From positions 66,216,001 to 66,280,000 of the forward strand of contig OZ024741.1 in the NCBI GenBank assembly GCA_964016885.1: a DNA stretch of 64,000 bases. The letters run 5' to 3'. The translations under genes were made by a program, and so were the position numbers. The stretch is from Eledone cirrhosa (lineage: Eukaryota). Positions 1 to 12,871 of the stretch are shown one piece after another. A model generated the notes under the pieces. It was not told where the DNA came from, searched no databases, and worked only from the letters and a program-made list of their open reading frames with translations. The number at the start of each line of letters is the position of its first letter. Position 1 is the stretch's first letter.

Positions 1-330
1 TGCTGATGACACAACAAAAAGTATCCAGTCCACACTGTAATGTGGTCGTGCTGATGACACAACAAAAAGCACCCAGTCCACACTGTAAGGTGGTCGTGCT
101 GATGACACAACAAAAAGTATCCAGTCCACACTGTAATGTGGTCGTGCTGATGACACAACAAAAAGCACCCAGTCCACACTGTAATGTGGTTGTGCTGATG
201 ACACAACAAAAAGCACCCAGTCCACACTGTAAGGTGGTCGTGCTGATGACACAACAAAAAATATCCAGTCCACACTGTAATGTGGTCTTTTCAGTGTCAC
301 AATAAAAAGCACTCAGTCCACACTGTAAAT
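1..330 (+). repeat. 48-bp tandem repeat (~6.5 units) derived from an RTE 3'-UTR module
   Basis: Unit tgctgatgacacaacaaaaag(t/c)a(t/c)ccagtccacactgtaa(t/g)gtggtcg recurs every 48 nt; runs into the ttaggaagggcatccagc RTE-tail motif. Confidence 0.9.
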
Positions 331-500
331 GTGATTTGCATTAGGAAGGGCATCCAGCCGTAGAAACCAAGCCAAAATACAGATCTGTATGAGCAAGATG
401 TGGTCTCTGTACCTAACTTGACTAATTATGTGACAACCCGTCTAACCTATGCAAGCATGGAAAATGGACGTTAAACGATGACGATGATGACGACAATGAC
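331..500 (+). mobile_element. RTE LINE/SINE 3' end with (GAT)n-like tail
   Basis: ttaggaagggcatccagccgtagaaacc...catgcaagc-like...ggacgttaaacgatgacgatgatg, same tail as the RT-bearing element ending at 37620. Confidence 0.8.
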
Positions 501-712
501 ATAACCATGCCAGAACAATCTTCTTTCTTTCATACTACATCAAATTCCTCTTATGCCAAGTTTTTCTCTCACTTATACTACATCACTGATGCATAACAAC
601 ATAACACATCTTCCAGAACATACTTCATTTCTTACTAGTCTTTACAGTTCTTCTGCAGTGAAGACCATGCTTCACAGCCATGTAGCATTGCAGTTCATAT
701 GCAAGCATCATA

Positions 713-910
713 TGAGAGTGGGCTGAAAAGTTCATAGGCTGACTATGAAGGAGTGATGCTAGAGCTGTGAAATCTTGCATGCATTCAATTGAACACTTCT
801 TATTAATAACTGTATTGTTTCTTTCCAGGGACTGTGTTGAAAAATAAACCTTATTTAGTCATTCCATGAGAGTATCTTGGTCAACCTATGAACTTTTTAG
901 CCGACACTCA
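713..910. mobile_element. Tc1/mariner-type MITE inserted in a degraded RTE fragment
   Basis: ~30-bp imperfect TIRs gagagtgggctgaaaagttcataggctgac / gtcaacctatgaactttttagccgacactc, TA on both sides. Confidence 0.75.
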
Positions 911-1000
911 TACAGTCTGTCCTTTACTCTAAGAGTGAAGCCATTTGTTGTCAGCAGAGGTACTAGTTCCCTAAACTTCTAGTCCATTCATAGTTTAGCC

Positions 1001-1183
1001 CAGGGTTCTCAAACTTTTTCAGATGCGGCACCCTTTTTGGTTCAGGAGCTTTTGGGGTTCCCCCAAAATCTAATACTGTTATATCATCGTAATATAAATA
1101 TACTTTTCTACTTTTTTTCACAGAACTCCAGACACTCCTTGGCAGACCCTTGTGTTCCGTGGAACCCACTTTGGGAACCACTG
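1001..1183. mobile_element. hAT (Charlie-like) MITE
   Basis: Ends cagggttctcaaact ... tttgggaaccactg; degenerate 8-bp TSD. Confidence 0.65.
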
Positions 1184-1413
1184 GTCTAACTACTATATTC
1201 TCTGATCATCCACCCTATCCCACTGCATGTTCCATAACAAGAGTATTATCAATATTTATTCCAGAGTAGTCTTTTCTATAGATGGCAATATACATTGTTT
1301 TACCAGCCACACCATGTCACATTGTGAGGTACTACCTTGAGCACATCTGTGGTAGCTGCTAAATCATATGTGTAATAAATATGACATCTTTTGGGTTGCA
1401 TCTTACAACTTAA

Positions 1414-1602
1414 CCTTTTAGCATATCTGGCCAGAATTCTCTCACTACTTTCTGTTCAAACTGGCCATAACTGGTTGCGCATACTGACATTAAGGTATTG
1501 TATTCAAAATAAATAACATCAAAATCTCATAGAGTCCATATTATGTGAGGTAAAGCTTCTACCATGAAAATATTATAGTAGGGTAGTGTAAATGGTAAAG
1601 GG
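1414..1602. mobile_element. piggyBac-type TTAA MITE, family A
   Basis: TTAA|ccttttagcat ... atggtaaaggg|TTAA; homologous to 11038, 12661, 16215, 27809. Confidence 0.75.
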
Positions 1603-2242
1603 TTAAAGAGCTTTACAGTTTTATTCATTGTGTATTTTATAGATATTTTCTGCCATGACAACAGACTATGATGATGATGATGTTTCTCTCTCATATACAC
1701 AAACACACCCACCTTACTCTTTCTAGTTCCTTCTTTCTCTACTAGTTGCTTTCTCTTTACTCCCACTGCTTTTCTTTTTCTTCATTCCTTTCAGTCATTC
1801 TTTCTTTCTTTCCCATGTCTCTTTACCTTCTTTTTTCTTTCTTTCCCATTTTCTCATGTCTCTTTACCTTCTTTTTTTTCCCAATCCTCCATTTCAATGA
1901 TTATAAGATTTATTTCATAGTAGTAGTAGTAGTAGTGGTGGTTGTGGTAGTAGTAGTTTCTTTTTTAATATTTCTTTGTTTTCTGATTTTGCCAAATAGA
2001 TATTGTTCAAGCAACATTGTTACAACAACAAAACAGAAATCAAATGAATAAATAAATTAACAAATAAATAAATAAAACAAGGCAAAAGAGAAAAAAGAAT
2101 GAATATTGTATTTATTGAAAGCTAAGACAATAGATAAGACAGTGACAAATTATTCTTATAGTAGCAGACAACCCTGCCCTTGTCAGGCAAAGTTAATAGA
2201 CTAAGGTTATTTGTAAGATTGTAGCAGTACCATGGCTTAGTA

Positions 2243-2804
2243 CAGAGGTTCAAAAACTTTTTGAGCCACCGATCCCTCACGGCCACGTAATACCCTCAGT
2301 AGCCCCCCCCCCCCCCCCCAACCCTATTCCCAGAGAGACCTGTCTACACGCAAATTGTAAATAATATATAATAAATGATATAATATATCCTTGTCCTTGT
2401 CTGGCTTTCTGGAGAATAGAGGAAAGGTGTTTCCTCGAAAACCAGTATGACTCTAAAAACCGGTTTGTCTGTGTGTTTACATACAGAATAGCTGGACACT
2501 CACAGTAAAGTGACCAGTGAAAAACTCGGTACATCTACATATGTACACGTGTGTGTATTCATATGCATACTAGTATTTCAGTATACATATGTGGATGTAC
2601 ATTTTTAACTTAATTGATATAATATATACTATATATAAATAAATATTGTATATTTTTTATTTTACTACATTTATATATAATATGTATCATTTGATATTTA
2701 ATATACTATTATATCATCTCTACCCCCACCCCTTAGGCCCTAGTGCCTCTTTGGACCTTCTCAACACCCCCTGGGGGCAGTAGCACCCACTTTGAGAACC
2801 TCTG
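2243..2804. mobile_element. hAT MITE inserted in the A-box region of a tRNA-derived SINE
   Basis: TIRs cagaggttcaaaaa / tttgagaacctctg; perfect 8-bp TSD gcttagta at 2235-2242 and 2805-2812. Confidence 0.85.
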
Positions 2805-4554
2805 GCTTAGTAGCTAAGAAGTTCTCTATGCAATCATTAGGTCCCAAGTTTGGGACTTCTGTGAGGCATCTTGGGCAAGTGCTGTAATTTACCATAGCCT
2901 GAGTGATTCAATTATAGTGACTGTACTGTGTAGAACGGACCTGTTTGTAAGTCAGTCAAATTTGATTTATAAGCTGAGGTAGCTAATGAACAGTTTTGAA
3001 ATTCTCATGAGAAAATATTTACAAAGTTTTAATATTTTGATATTTAAAATGTTTTAAGTATTGTTTAGAGTACAGTTTTTGTTTCACAAATGCACTATAT
3101 TTATATAACTGGACTACTAAATCTCCTTGAGAATTACACTAAGGGTATATGTGTCTGTGGAATGCTCAGCCACTTACATGTTAATTTCATGAACAAGCTG
3201 TTCCATTGATCTAACAACAGGAACAATCATTGTCGAAACCAATGGAGGTCCATTCCATTCCATCTGCTGGCCTATTAGACACCCATTCATGTAAGACGGT
3301 TCCTTAGTTTTACAAGGATGTTTTGAGAATATAATCGTGGTAGAGGTTGTGAGAGCTGACCTCAAATCTCCAAGACTCACAGAAGCTATGACGAAAGCAC
3401 AGGACATGTGAAAAGATTTTGTGCTGAGAAGGAGTGGTCCAACCCATGCAAGCGTGGAAAAGCGGATATAAAAACGAGGATTATGATAATGATGATTCTT
3501 CATAAATTTATTGAAATTACAGAAACTCTTATATAAGTTTGACCTCATTTTGCTTATATAAATTGTATTGTATTAGTAATACTAATAGTAATACAAACTA
3601 AATTTTTTAACCATGATTGTCTTCACCATCCCTTAGGCCTTTCATCAGTGGTATGGGCGTGTTGAACTTGAGGAAGATTTTTAATATGATTTTTGGGGGA
3701 AATTAAGTGCATCCAATAGACTGGTAAATACAGTATAATATTTTTTTAAACTAAGCACAAAGCAGAAATACTAATCTAATCTTCTGGTCTTTTATTTCTT
3801 TTCTACTGGTTTCAGTCATTCAACTGCAGCCATCCTCATGCTCTGCCTAAGCTCATTATATTAATCCCAGTACTTATTTCTTTCAAGTCTGGTGCTTATT
3901 TTATCAATAACTTCTAAGTTAGGGGCCATAAGCACAGACATAGAAACAAATGTAAACATAGATATGGACACACACACACACATATATAGTTGAAAAGGGG
4001 GATAAAGTTCCATACATATCAAAGATTCTATGTAAAAAGTAAAAGTGGAAACAGTACGGAAATATATTTAAAGCATCTTTTTTACTTGTTTCTTTAATCC
4101 ATCAGAGTAAGAGATTTTTTTTTAAAAACGAGGGAGGGAGTTATGAAATATTACCGGTTTTGATGAGTAAATTCATCTTATCAAATATAAAATTTTAAAA
4201 AGTCAAAGATTAAAAGTTGAAAAATTGGAAATTGAAAAAAGTCTCTTCATTTCTGAATAATGAGAATATCTATACTGTTCTTTGTGTGGGTGTGATTATG
4301 AGAAGGTAGGTGTGTGTGTTGTGTGAGGAAATCAAACAAAGAATCTTTTGGGGGAGGGGGGGGGGGTTGTAGTTTGTAGTAGTTATTTTTGAAATATATA
4401 TATATTTATTTATATATATTTAATTCTTCTTTTGCTTTGTGGTGTGTGTGTGTGTGTGTGGATTATGCATAGTAAAAACCACTTGCCTGAGATGCCACAT
4501 ACCAGGACCAAACTAGAACAATGTAGTTACAAAGTGAATTCCTTAACCACACAA

Positions 4555-5178
4555 TCTATCTATATACAAATAAAACTCTGTGATTGCTTGCTTGCTAGTC
4601 TGTAATGTAATACAGCCAAAAGGGCGCATAATGGGAAAATACTTTGAAAAGAAGTTGCCGCTGAAATGCGAATACAAATGGAATAAAACAAGTTTCGCTT
4701 GAATCGGTGCACGGGTTCCTAAAATATGGGGTTTTTCCGGGTACCTTCATAAATAGAGAGAGAAAGAGAAGGATAGAGAGAAAGAGATAGTGGTTGTGAG
4801 AGAGTAGATTGAAAGAAAGACATAGAGAGAAAGAAGGAGACTGAGAAGAAAAATGGGAGAGAGAGCTGATGGTGTTGTTGAATGAAATTATAACCAGTGA
4901 CTTCAAAGAAACGAATACAACATTACTGTATCCTACTAAACAAAGGGTTTCTACGTGTGTATGTGTATGTGTGTGTCTGTGACCGGTGTATATAGGTCAC
5001 AGACACCCGCATATATATATATGTGTATGTACACACACACACATATATATACATATATATACATATATATATATGGGCCTTCCAATTTCATTTTACATTA
5101 TATAGATGTCTGTGTATATTTTAATTATTTAAAAATTATTTTTAAGTGAACATGACCCAACGGGTCACAGTGGTCTAG
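4555..5178 (+). mobile_element. Non-autonomous Helitron-like element, copy 1
   Basis: A|TC start, 3' hairpin tgacccaacgggtca followed by CTAG|T; no TSD. Confidence 0.75.
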
Positions 5179-5605
5179 TATACTACTAAAACTCTGTGAT
5201 TGATTGCTTGCTAGTCTGTAATGTAATACAGCCAAAAGGGCGCATAATGGAAAAATACTTTGAAATGAAGGTGACCCTGAAATGGGGATACAAATGGAAT
5301 AAAACAAGTTTCATATAATTCGGAGCACGGGTTCCTGAGATATGGGGTTTTTCCAGGTACCTTCATAAACAGAGAGAGAGAGATAGAGAGGAAGAGATAG
5401 TGGTTGTGACAGAGTAGATTGAAAGAGAGACATAGAGAGAGGGAGAGGAGACAGAGAAGGAGAACAGAAGAGAGAGAGAGAGCTGCTGATGTGTATACAT
5501 ATATGTGAGTGTGTGTGTATACATATGTGAGTGTGTGTGTATATATATATATGTGTTTGTGTGTGTCTATAATCAGCGTATATAGATCACAGACACCCAC
5601 ATATA

Positions 5606-6901
5606 CAGGGTGCGGACAATATTTGTTCGCAAGATTACTGTCTAGGAAAAAGTAACACGGTAGTTTTATTTTTTAAGATATATTTATCAAACTTGGGTCA
5701 GTTTGTCTTCATGACTTGTTCTTTCGATCTCACTCGATAAACTCGCCATAGGCTTTGATAACGACCTCGGAACCAGCTACAGGCCTTCGTCACTGTCCCC
5801 CGACTTAGGCCTCTAAAGGCACTTGTGATCCTGGCCTTCAGATCGTCTTTCGTATTGCAGCTAGATCTGTTGGTGTCTCTTTCCACTGCACCCCACACAA
5901 AGAAGTCGAGGGGGTTGCAGTCAGGCGAGCTGGGAGGCCAGATGTCAGGTGAAGTGTGGTCGACGAAGTTCTCTGACAGCCAGGCTTGGGTCTTTCGGCT
6001 GGTATGGCAGGGCGCTGAGTCTTGCTGCCACACGTACGGCCTACTTGCAGCTACCTGGTTGATCCAGGGCTTTACTACCTCGCTCAGAACGTGGATGTAG
6101 CCATCGGTGTTCAGCTTGAGGCCCTCAGGGAAGAAGTGAGGTGGCATGACGTCACCTTGACTGCTGACGACACCTAAGACCAATGTTGTCGCTGGAAACT
6201 TTGTCTGCATGACTCTGGGTACGTCTTTGGATGAGACAGCGAGCCACCTGTTATTCTGGGAGTTAATCTTCTGGTCTTGGCAGAAGTTTTTCTTGTCGGT
6301 GAAAAACCACAGCATGTCTGTCTCCAGTGGATGTTTCAACTTGTTGATCAGCTTCTTTGCGTGCTTCAGTCGCTTTTCTTGCCTCACCTTTGACAGAAAT
6401 TGTCCTTTCCTCATCTTGTATGAAACGTAGCGAATGTCTTCATGTACCACCAGCCTAATGAGCTTTTCATCCACTCCTTTCTCCCTTGCAATGGCACGCA
6501 TTGACTTGCTAGGTTCATTGTTGATGATATCCTGAACTTCAGCGACGAACTTGGGCGTTCTGAAGGCGTCAGATCATCGATCATGTGTTTTCCTCTCTGA
6601 TGTTGCTTCATAGTCGAATCCTGAATCTTCCAATTCCTTTCTGACCTTTTCCACCATTCTCCTGCTGACGCTGAGAAAGTCTGAAATTTCCTTATTTGTC
6701 CTCCCGGCGTGGATTCCAAGAAGAACTCCGTGTCTCTTCCACAAATTTGGAGGTTCAAAATTATTCATAATCAATTATTCTGAAAATAAATAATGGAAAT
6801 ATAGTCACTGTTTTTATGAAGACAAGAGTGACAACGAAAGTTTTAAAAATTTGCATAAAATTAGCAGTTGAAAATTGCGAACAAATATCGTCCACACCCT
6901 G
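5606..6901 (-). mobile_element. Full-length maT (DD37D) Tc1/mariner transposon
   Basis: 27-bp TIRs cagggtgcggacaatatttgttcgcaa (2 mismatches), TA on both sides, 1296 bp. Confidence 0.95.
5698..6774 (-). pseudogene. DD37D transposase, frameshifted near 6500-6575
   Basis: FTD...QQDSAPCH...WPPSSPDCNPLDF with 37 residues between 2nd and 3rd Asp; N-terminal HTH part is in separate ORF 6574-6774. Confidence 0.9.
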
Positions 6902-6921
6902 TATATATACACACACACATA

Positions 6922-9440
6922 CATCATCATGATCATCATCATTTTACGTCCGCTTTTCCCTGCTTGCAAGGGTGGGACGGGTCTTATTCAGCACAGCATC
7001 TCTCCACTCGTCACGGTCCCTCGTCATCTCCACCGTGAGCTTCAACGATCTGAGGTCTGTTCTCACCACCTCCGCCCATGTTTTTCGTGGTCTACTTCTA
7101 CCACGTCTTCCTTCAACTGGCATTTCCTGGCACTTCTTCACCCATCGGTCATCCTCCATGCGCATCACATGTCCATACCACCTCAGTCTCCTCTCCCATA
7201 CACTACATTCTATCCCTCTCAGACACAGTTTCTCTCTCAACACATTCATGTTGGGTCGTTCACGCACATTTACACTGCACATCCAATGGAGCATGCTTGC
7301 CTCATTTCTCTCCAGCCGTCGCATATTCTCTGCAGTTGTTGCCCATGTCCTCACTACCATGCAGCATCGCGCTCCGCACACAGGCATCATACAACCAGCC
7401 TTTCGTACGCAGGGAGAAACCCTTCTTCGTCAGCAGAGGAAGCAGCTCCCTAAACTTCTTCCAACCCGTCCTTATTCTAGATAATATGGCCTCGGAACAC
7501 CCTCCTCCCATGCTAATCTGATCTCCTAGGTACCGGAAGCTATCCACCACTTCTATAGCGCCCTCCTGCATTTGAAAAATGTGTCTATCAATGTGACTTC
7601 TACTGTATAATTTCCCTGTACATCTACTGCATACCTATTTCTCCCTACCTGTTAGTTTGCCTGCTATCCCGCTACATCTCTTGTGTACCCAGGATCTGCA
7701 TTGTGTGCATTTTATAGAATTTATGCCAGTTCCTTTTCTGCATATCGAACATGGCCATTTCCCTGACGGAATCAGAGTTTTGTCCTCTTTTCTACTCATC
7801 AACACTTTTGTCTTAGCTAGGTTCACTCTCAGTCCTCTTGCTTCCAACTGCTGTTTCCATAGCCAGAATTTATTCTCTAGCTCCTCTACTGATTCTGCTA
7901 TAAGAACCAGATCGTCAGCAGAGAGAAGTTCCCATGGACAGCCAGTCTTAAACTCCTCTGTTATGGCTTGGAGGACTATAATGAACAAGAGCGGGCTGAG
8001 GACCGAACCTTGATGTACCCCTACTTGTATCTAGAATTCCTCACTAAACTCCATTCCTACCCTGACTTTACTGAGAGTACCTCTGTACAAAGTTTGCACT
8101 GTCCTCACAAGCCATTCCTCAACACCTAGCTTCCTTAGGGACCACCAGATGACAGATCGGGGTACCCTATCAAAGGTGTTCTCTAGGTCAACAAAGGCTA
8201 AGTATAGTGGCTTATTTTTCTCTAAGAACCTCTCTTGCAATTGTCTCACCAAGAAGAGGGCATCTGTTGTACTCTTCCCAGGCACAAAACCAAACTGCAT
8301 CTCATCTAGTTTGACCCTTTCTCTAATTAGTTGTGCTAATATCCTTTCTGCCACTTTCATAACCTGATCCATCAGTTTTATACCCCTATAATTGCTCCTC
8401 TCCAGAGCATCCCCTTTACCTTTGTAGCAATTTATGAGAATACTACTGCACCAGTCTTTGGGTATGACACCACCATATATAGCCTGATTGATGATGCGTG
8501 CAACCAATTTAGTGCCTACGTCCCCTGATGCCTTCAGCATCTCAGCAACTATTTCCCCATGGTCCAGCAGCCTTACCATTTTTCATTTCCTTAATCGCCT
8601 CTTGGACGCTATATTCGTCAATCTCAATAGCTGGTCCCTCTGTCGGATCTACTAAGGGTAATTTCTCTCTCTCTCAATCGTTCTCCACATTCATCAGTCT
8701 CTCATAATGACATTTCCAGGCCTCCTTTTTCTGATCATTCGTGACACTAAGTACACCGGCATCATCCCGGACACATTTATCTCCAACAACATCCTGACTT
8801 GCATTGACACACTGCCTTGCAATGTGGAACACCGCACGCCTCTGATCTTCCCGTCACAGAACATTGGCAAACCTCCTACTCTCCGCCTCCCTGCATGCTA
8901 AGTACACCTGACATCTAGCTTCTCTCTTAGCGGCTGTATATTCTTCCCTACTCCCACCCTTTTTCCAAGCCTTCCATGCTAGTCTTTTATCTCTAATGGC
9001 CTTATCTACTGTGCTGTTCCACCACCAGGTCACTCTCTGTCTGGTTGGAGCTCTGATCCAGCCACAAGTTTCATCAGTAGCCTGCAGCAAGTTGTCATGT
9101 AAGAAATTCCAGTTATCTATGTCATACGTCTCTAAATCGTCTTCTTTTTCGTCATATACATCTTGAAAGGCTTTCCTAAATTTGTATTTTAGTGAAAGGT
9201 CTTTTAGCTTCCAGACCTTTCTTCTCCACACCTTCCTGTATGTCTCATTCCATCTCTTGCTTACTGAGATATCACTAACGACTAACCTATGCTGTGGGGT
9301 ACATTCTTCCCCAGGATATGCCTTGGTATTAGACACTATCTGCCTGTCCCGCTACCTAACTAGTAAGAAGTCAATCTGGCTTATGTGCTCGCCAGATTTG
9401 TAGGTTATTAGGTGATTGGCAGGTTTCTGGAAGTTTGTGT

Positions 9441-9443
<3 letters not shown>
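6922..9443 (-). mobile_element. 5'-truncated, degraded RTE-clade LINE (EN C-terminus + RT)
   Basis: ORF fragments [58 protein letters not shown]; (CAT)n tail at 6922. Confidence 0.95.
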
Positions 9444-9493
<50 letters not shown>

Positions 9494-10030
9494 ACACACG
9501 CACACATTTATATATACATACACACACGTATATATATGAGCTTTCCAGTTTTATTTCACATTATATACATGTCTGTGTATATTTTAATTATTTAAAAATT
9601 ATTCTTAAGTGAAAATGATTTTTCAAAAATATTCTCAAGGAAACGTGACCCGTTGGGTCACGGGAGGTCTAGTTATATATAAAAGATAAAATATAATTAA
9701 CTTCAAAAGATTTTTTTCGAATTTTTGTTGGTTAGCACCACCGCCATCATCCTATCCCATCCAACTCTAATAGCTGTTTGTCATTGTTACAGTTTACATT
9801 TAGTAGGTTTAACAAACATTCTATAGGATTGTATAATCATAGGAGGTTTCTTGGATGTTTTACTGATAGGGACTCCAGTTCTATCATATCAACGGTTTTT
9901 TTTTGTTTGTTTGTTTGTTTTTTTTAGCATGCACAGAACTGAAACAGATCCTATAAGACATCCTGTCATACACCAACACAATTCTGCCAAACCACAGCCT
10001 GGAATTGATACTTTATATACACCCAGTTAA

Positions 10031-10259
10031 CCCTTTTGATACCAAACTGGCTGAGTCTGGCCTCGGTTTATGATACATAACTGCTCATTGTAAAATGTTT
10101 ATCCTTATATTAAAACTTTCCATCATAATTTTAGAAACTTTTCTTAAGCAATGTTCTAAATATCAGCTTACTAATGAAAAACACATGTTTGGTTCTTTAT
10201 AAAATTCTTTTAAAACACACAGGCAAAGTTATTTCATTAGAAATACTGTAATGGAAGGG
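10031..10259. mobile_element. piggyBac-type TTAA MITE, family B
   Basis: TTAA|ccctttt ... aaggg|TTAA; related to 17585-17821 in opposite orientation. Confidence 0.6.
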
Positions 10260-10462
10260 TTAAGAACTGCCAGATAACAGATCGTGGTACACTGTCAAAG
10301 GCCTTTCCCAAATCTAAAAATGATAGGTATAGCAGCTTACACTTAAAAAAAAATGACAACTGAACAAAGAACTCAATATGTGGAGGCCTTTTTATATAAA
10401 TAAAAATAGCTATATTAATTCTTGACATCCTGTAAACCTTTTAAAACAATTCATAGGAGGCT

Positions 10463-10513
<51 letters not shown>

Positions 10514-11037
10514 CACCATCAATTTTACATGTTTTTTTTTCCATGTTTGCATCATATAATAATACTTTACAAATGGTTTCAAAAACACTGTAGGAAATAC
10601 TCAATGTTGAAAGCATAAAAATCTCTCTAGTGCTGGTGCTATGATAAAAAAAACACCCAGTAGACTCTGCAAAGTTCTTGATGTTAGGGAGAGCATCCCT
10701 CCATAGAATTTGTGTCAATAGAGTAGAGATGACTCTTCAGTTGTGTCAAGGACAAAACAACTTCATCAGTGCTGGTGACATGACAAAATGCACTCAGTAC
10801 ACTCTATAAAGTGGTTAGCAATATGAAGGGCATCCAACACATTGCGCCCTGGGCCCAGAGCCCATCACCCTCTCTCCTTCCCTCTCCTTTTCTTCTGTGG
10901 CTGTAGAGTCCTTGCTTTTTCCCTCCTTTCCCTCTTTCGCATACAGCCAGATCTTCCCTTCTTTACCCCTTGCCCCTTTTCTCACTACTTAATTTTGCTT
11001 TTATCTTTCTTTTTCATATTTATGTAATCATCAATGG

Positions 11038-11251
11038 TTTAGCATTTCCATTATTCTATATTTACTATTGTATTTTCACGGTAAACACTTTATTTCACAT
11101 AATTATCTCACATAATATTGAATCTATGAGATTTTGATATTTATTTTGAGAACAATACCTTACATAAGTATGAGCAGCCGGTTATGGCCAGTTTGAACAG
11201 AAAGAGGTGAGAGAATTCTGGTCAGATATGGTCAGTTTAAATGCTAAAGAG
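11038..11251. mobile_element. piggyBac-type MITE, family A
   Basis: Homology to 12661-12871. Confidence 0.75.
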
Positions 11252-11789
11252 TTAAGCCAACTTTGTGAATATTGTACCAACACCATAACTAGAACATATC
11301 AGATTGAGACATGGTCCCCTGAAATCCTACTTGTCATAATTAGCAACTGCTATAAAGATTTTTCTGTGGGCAAAATCATAAGGGTAGTTATATTCTGATG
11401 AAGAGACAATAATCTCAGAGATTACAGTGTTGTTGATCAACCAGAGACAAAATATGGGTTTAGAGGACTCTTCAGTCTGGATGAGCATGTGACAACCCTC
11501 TAGTGTTAGTTCCACAGTACACTCTGTAAAGTGGTAGTGCAGGTGCTACAAAAATACAAACAAAAAAAACACGCCCAGTACACTCTGTAAAGTGGTAATG
11601 GTCATACCACAACAAAATGCATCTAGTATACTGCAAGGTGGTTGACATTAGGAAGGGCACCCAGCTGTAGAAACCATACCAAATATGGAATGTATGAGCA
11701 AGATGAAAGATCAGGTTACTCTGACCTATCTGGTCTTAGACCATCATTTGTCCAACCCATGCCAGTGTGGACAGCAAACATAAAATAAT

Positions 11790-11881
11790 TGTTTCTACTT
11801 TAGGCACAAGGCCAGCAATTACCCAGTGCATTACTGGTACTTTATTTTATCGACCCCGTAAGGATGAAAGGCAAAGTCAAC
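11790..11881 (-). mobile_element. 5'-truncated tRNA-SINE inserted in an RTE tail
   Basis: 20-bp TSD gacagcaaacataaaataat at 11770-11789 and 11882-11901. Confidence 0.85.
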
Positions 11882-12052
11882 GACAGCAAACATAAAATAA
11901 TGATATAACATCATCATGATCATCATCAATATTTAACATGTATTTTCCAAGCTTGCGTAGGTTAGAAAGGCTGTCACGTCATGAAGACAGATAAGTCAGG
12001 TGACCAAATTTTGCTCATGTGTGTGTGTGTGTGTGTGCATACACATACATAC

Positions 12053-12090
<38 letters not shown>

Positions 12091-12660
12091 CACACACACA
12101 CACACACACACACTACTATGTATATTTATACACATACTTATATATCTTCACATATATACTCAATAGATATTTGAAGGCTCCTATATAAATAGCTTATTTT
12201 TCTGTTGAAAGAATTTGATTAATTTGCAAAATGAATTAAATATAGAATGTTCTGTAATATAGGAACCATTCCCATGTGTGAAAAGGTATAATAGGAATTG
12301 AATTAGTACAACAATTGTGTTTTGGAATGTAGCCCAAGTCCATGGCCAAAATTTATCGGCCTGTGTAATACTAAATGAAACTAGCAATTAAAAGTTGATA
12401 CTTGTACAGGGAGGGATAGAGAGTGAATTGACTGAGTTGTTAGAATATTGGATAGAAGGTTTTGAGGTATTTCTTCCAGCTCTCAGCATTCTGAGTTGAA
12501 ATCCTGCTGAGGTCAACTACTGAGGTCATTTCAAGGTCAACAAATAAAGTGCCAGTCCAGTACTGGAGTCGCTTCTTCCTTTATACACCTTTTTCACTTC
12601 ATACTCACTTCATGATCTCTGTTCAGACCTGGTGAGGAGATGAGTTCCACCAATTTTTAA

Positions 12661-12871
12661 CCCTTTACCATTTACATTACTCAATATTTACTATTTTATT
12701 TTCACAGTAAAGGCTTTACCTCACATAATTATCTCACATAATATCGAATCTATGAGATTTTGATATTATTTATTTTGAGAACAATACCTTAACGTCAGTA
12801 TGAGCAGCTGGTTTGAACAGAAAGCGGTGAGAGAATTCTGGCCAGCTATGGCCGGTTTAAATGCTAAAGGG
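12661..12871. mobile_element. piggyBac-type MITE, family A
   Basis: TTAA|ccctttaccattta ... taaatgctaaaggg|TTAA. Confidence 0.85.

Larger units (their letters stand above)
5180..9672 (+). mobile_element. Non-autonomous Helitron-like element, copy 2, interrupted by maT and RTE insertions
   Basis: 5180-5605 aligns with the 5' part of copy 1, ~9500-9672 with its 3' part; hairpin cgtgacccgttgggtcacg then CTAG|T. Confidence 0.75.

Noticed and set aside
6-305. Repetitive ORFs here and at 28350-28901; CRISPR-like appearance
   Set aside because: Translations of 48-bp tandem repeats; no unique spacers, no cas genes, eukaryotic context
6875-7521. Plus-strand ORFs over the RTE, and antisense ORFs over Tx1 and CR1
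   Set aside because: Shadow frames of retroelement coding sequence
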